Source: an uncultured Gammaproteobacteria bacterium (GTDB lineage Bacteria; Patescibacteriota; Patescibacteriia; SG8-24). From it: a stretch of 64,000 nt of DNA. Positions within the stretch are counted from its first letter, which is position 1; the number at the start of each line of letters is the position of its first letter. The DNA lies in assembly GCA_964626205.1 (NCBI GenBank), contig CAZVED010000001.1, positions 961 through 64,960 on the forward strand, in the 5' to 3' direction. A model generated the notes under the pieces. The model searched no databases. It was not told where the DNA came from and was given only the letters and a program-made list of their open reading frames with translations. The translations under genes and the position numbers were made by a program. This document shows, piece after piece, positions 62,886 through 64,000 of this stretch.

Positions 62886-64000
62886 TTAACGGACGATGCG
62901 CCACGTTCCCGGGCTCACGGCCCAGATGCCGCCCGGGCTGTTCGAGAAGCTCATGTCGGAGAGCTCGGATTCGACGTAGCTGACGATCGCATTCTGGTCG
63001 ATGAAGAGGCGGTAGGCAGCAAGGGATTTCGCGCCGGCATTGTTCTGCAGGCGCAGCGTTCCGTTCAGTGCATAGAACACCGCGCCAGACGCGTTGTTGG
63101 AGACGCTGATGGCCGGATCCGCGTCGTTGACAGAGGAGTTCGTGGCGATGACGACAATGTGGCTCTTGGAGTTTCCGCTGCCGAAGAGGCCGGTGTTCGG
63201 AACCGCGGAGAATTTTCCTTTCGTCGCGAGGTTCGCCTGGTCGTCCGCGAGGAGTGCTGTGCCGTTCGCGCCGAAGGATGGGTGGACGGTGAAGGTGGAG
63301 TTGTTACTCATCGTGATATTCCCTACGACCCAGACCGGACCCATGAGCGTCACGTCGACATTGTTGCCGAGCGTGAGGTCGCCGATGATCTTCACGGGGC
63401 CGAGCGTGCTGTTGTCCGCAGGTGCGTGGTTACCCACGATGAGACCGCCGGATTCCGCGGCATCGCGCCAGAAGTCGAGGTCGACCTCCGGGAGCGGAAT
63501 CGGGACAGGGCGCGTGCTGCCGGAGTACTTCGTGCCTGCAACGGTCGTTCCGCTGACGCCAGACGGGTCGATGGCGTAATAGGCGTCGCCGTCGATTTGA
63601 GAATTGAGGACACTGTCCGCGTGAGCGTGGTAGAAGATGCGGCAGGAGTCGATGAAGCCGTTCGTTTTGGTCACGTAGGCGTCGCCGGTGACGCGGGAGT
63701 TCGTGGACTGGCATTCGATGTCGCCGTCGGCATAGATGGTGCCGGTGATTTCCGCGTTGTTCTCGAGGCGCGCGCCGCCGGCTCCGGCTTGGAGCGCATA
63801 GGAGAACGCCATGGCATCATCGGCGGGAACGGTCGTGACATCCGTGACGATCGTCGTCGTTGCGCCCTGCAGCGTTCCGACAGAGGTGATCGTGCGGGTA
63901 TTGCCTGTCCCAATGACCATGGTCGTGAAGGTGCCGTCGCCGGTGGGTACATCCGTTTCTCCCGCATAGGAACTGCCGTAGGAGCCGCCACAGTTCGTTC
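62886..64000 (-). CDS. C-terminal portion of a large secreted beta-helix-like protein (N-terminus beyond window end), upstream of pilMNO
   Basis: uninterrupted minus-strand reading frame to the window edge; Gly/Asn/Thr/Val-rich sequence with repeated GD.Y..G / N.T..G segments typical of right-handed beta-helix or pseudopilin-associated adhesin proteins. Confidence 0.5.
   Translation of the reverse strand, partial: TNCGGSYGSSYAGETDVPTGDGTFTTMVIGTGNTRTITSVGTLQGATTTIVTDVTTVPADDAMAFSYALQAGAGGARLENNAEITGTIYADGDIECQSTNSRVTGDAYVTKTNGFIDSCRIFYHAHADSVLNSQIDGDAYYAIDPSGVSGTTVAGTKYSGSTRPVPIPLPEVDLDFWRDAAESGGLIVGNHAPADNSTLGPVKIIGDLTLGNNVDVTLMGPVWVVGNITMSNNSTFTVHPSFGANGTALLADDQANLATKGKFSAVPNTGLFGSGNSKSHIVVIATNSSVNDADPAISVSNNASGAVFYALNGTLRLQNNAGAKSLAAYRLFIDQNAIVSYVESELSDMSFSNSPGGIWAVSPGTWRIVR

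Noticed and set aside
1-64000. Searched intergenic regions for tRNA, rRNA, integrase or phage genes and CRISPR arrays
   Set aside because: No cloverleaf or GTTCGAATC-type T-arm signatures. No repeat-spacer arrays. No integrase, recombinase or phage structural genes. The only mobile-element protein is the RAYT.

Overview
This 64-kb window is GC-rich and gene-dense, with no rRNA, tRNA or CRISPR detected. Most of it encodes cell-envelope functions: many secreted or membrane-anchored surface proteins, a glycosylation/surface-polysaccharide island and a core-gene stretch. Three dispersed non-coding repeat families sit between the genes.

Content from start to end:
- 1-5.9 kb: an ECF-type sigma factor followed by a DUF5667-type putative anti-sigma membrane protein, then several membrane proteins, a PDZ/HtrA-like protein with an apparently degenerate catalytic triad, and a Wzz-like protein.
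- 6-9 kb: two secreted protein genes (a coiled-coil protein and a collagen-like lipoprotein), each behind a nearly identical consensus-type promoter module.
- 9-13.6 kb: an O-antigen-ligase-like protein and GT4 glycosyltransferases.
- 13.7-14.5 kb: a REP-associated tyrosine transposase (RAYT) flanked by BIME-like REP elements. Four further copies of this REP family are dispersed through the window.
- 14.4-18.7 kb: a large membrane-anchored repeat protein and a glycoside-hydrolase-like protein with FG-GAP repeats.
- 18.7-21.1 kb: a small HTH gene flanked by arms of a second palindromic repeat family, then a second ECF sigma/DUF5667 pair.
- 21.5-31.2 kb: four paralogous large secreted proteins sharing a roughly 110-aa domain, interleaved with REP copies.
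- 31.5-36.4 kb: a truncated UDP-glucose-dehydrogenase-like gene, an S8 peptidase with FG-GAP repeats, a TauE-like membrane protein and a UDP-xylose-synthase-like gene.
- 36.4-47.7 kb: a glycosylation island with GT2, DUF2304, GT2, GT4, GT4, two GT-C/PMT-like polytopic membrane proteins and a CDP-alcohol phosphatidyltransferase.
- 47.7-51.7 kb: a HIT-family gene followed by rfbB, rfbC, rfbD and a long-form rfbA with overlapping start/stop codons.
- 51.8-60.1 kb: a PEGA-domain protein, murA, a C-terminal processing protease, a NUDIX hydrolase, pyrG, rpmA and a cysteine desulfurase.
- 60.2-64 kb: a type IV pilus pilM-pilN-pilO cluster and the 3' part of a large beta-helix-like protein.

A third element, a roughly 105-nt conserved hairpin, occurs twice (41.2 kb and 58.75 kb) with compensatory base-pair substitutions and is a candidate structured RNA or repeat. 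Many long ORFs lie antisense to the real genes and are GC-driven artefacts. The gene content is compatible with a reduced-genome uncultivated lineage (CPR/Parcubacteria-like), but that is only an inference.
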